64,000 bases of DNA, from contig NW_026781931.1 in assembly GCF_031769215.1 (NCBI RefSeq), positions 434,001 to 498,000 of the forward strand, written 5' to 3'. The stretch is from Ylistrum balloti. Taxonomy: Eukaryota. Below, piece after piece: positions 63,331-64,000 of the stretch (positions are counted from its first letter, which is position 1; each line of letters starts with the position of its first letter). The notes under the pieces are model-generated. The model saw only the letters and a list, made by a program, of their open reading frames with translations. It ran no database searches and was not told the origin of the DNA. The translations under genes were made by a program, and so were the position numbers.

Positions 63331-64000
63331 TTTTAAGTAAATATACATAATATTCATCTTTCTACATTCCTAGCTGAAGGTTGTTTCTACATTCTGATAT
63401 GACTCCAAACCTTATATATTTATTGAACAGCTTTGATGTCATGCCACATGAAAACACCAGCTCAATAGGCATATTGACATTTCCAATACATCGAAATTCA
63501 TACTAATGCAAATTTTTGACATTTAACTTTATTAATTTCCAGAAACATCCTGAATGCGCGGGTAAACTTATATTACACAACTTCGATAATTAAATAACAA
63601 CTCTAGAAACAAGTAGAATAACGTGGATAGTAAATTATACACGTGAATGAGGACGATCGTGCCAGGGGAATAGTGAGGTAAGTGAGATCACGTGTAACAT
63701 ACTGTTGTTACATTTCATTCTCAGGCTCCTCATGAACATACAAATGTATTACTATCATTATTATTATTTTGCCAGGGCGAAGCTAAAACTCCTCCACGCT
63801 TATGTCTACATTCAATTGGAAAACTCGCAAATGAGATAATCTCATGCAGTTTTTGCTGTGTTGATTTTTTGACATGCATGAACTCATCTGACAAAAGGTC
63901 ACGTTCCGACGGGGATGTATGTCATCACATCATAACCAACGGGATAACCAAAGGAATGTGCTTCTTACTTATATACTGCAACAATGGAGACCACCCTTCT

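Overview
AT-rich, intron-containing animal genomic DNA, most likely a lophotrochozoan/bivalve mollusc (inferred from repeat families and gene style). No prokaryotic features (no CRISPR, rRNA or operons). Two protein-coding genes are supported, both on the minus strand. (1) The 5' part of an astacin-family zinc metalloprotease: four spliced exons at 4813-5011, 1435-1509, 1162-1323 and 130-250 encode a signal peptide, a pro-domain with the F-x-x-G-D-I Asp switch, an RRRKR furin site and the start of the catalytic domain; the gene runs off the left edge. (2) A 1646-aa TRIM/RBCC protein (29383-34323) encoded in one giant exon, probably with a non-coding first exon near 38900 and a CRE/E-box/YY1 promoter. 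Its RING-Bbox-Bbox-coiled-coil is fused to a ~850-aa disordered array of ~40 Thr-anchored motifs resembling dynein light chain LC8 (TQT-type) sites, plus SxIP-like motifs and a polyQ-polyP tail; this is the most interesting element of the window. The rest is intronic or intergenic: a decayed Penelope-like retroelement with a minimal hammerhead-ribozyme motif, a MITE with a 6-bp TSD, Helentron/HINE-like and tRNA-SINE-like remnants, and about 16 unrelated minisatellites (~10 kb), including a G-quadruplex-prone 46-bp array with a 460-bp higher-order repeat. All calls were made by eye from the sequence; no database searches were run.
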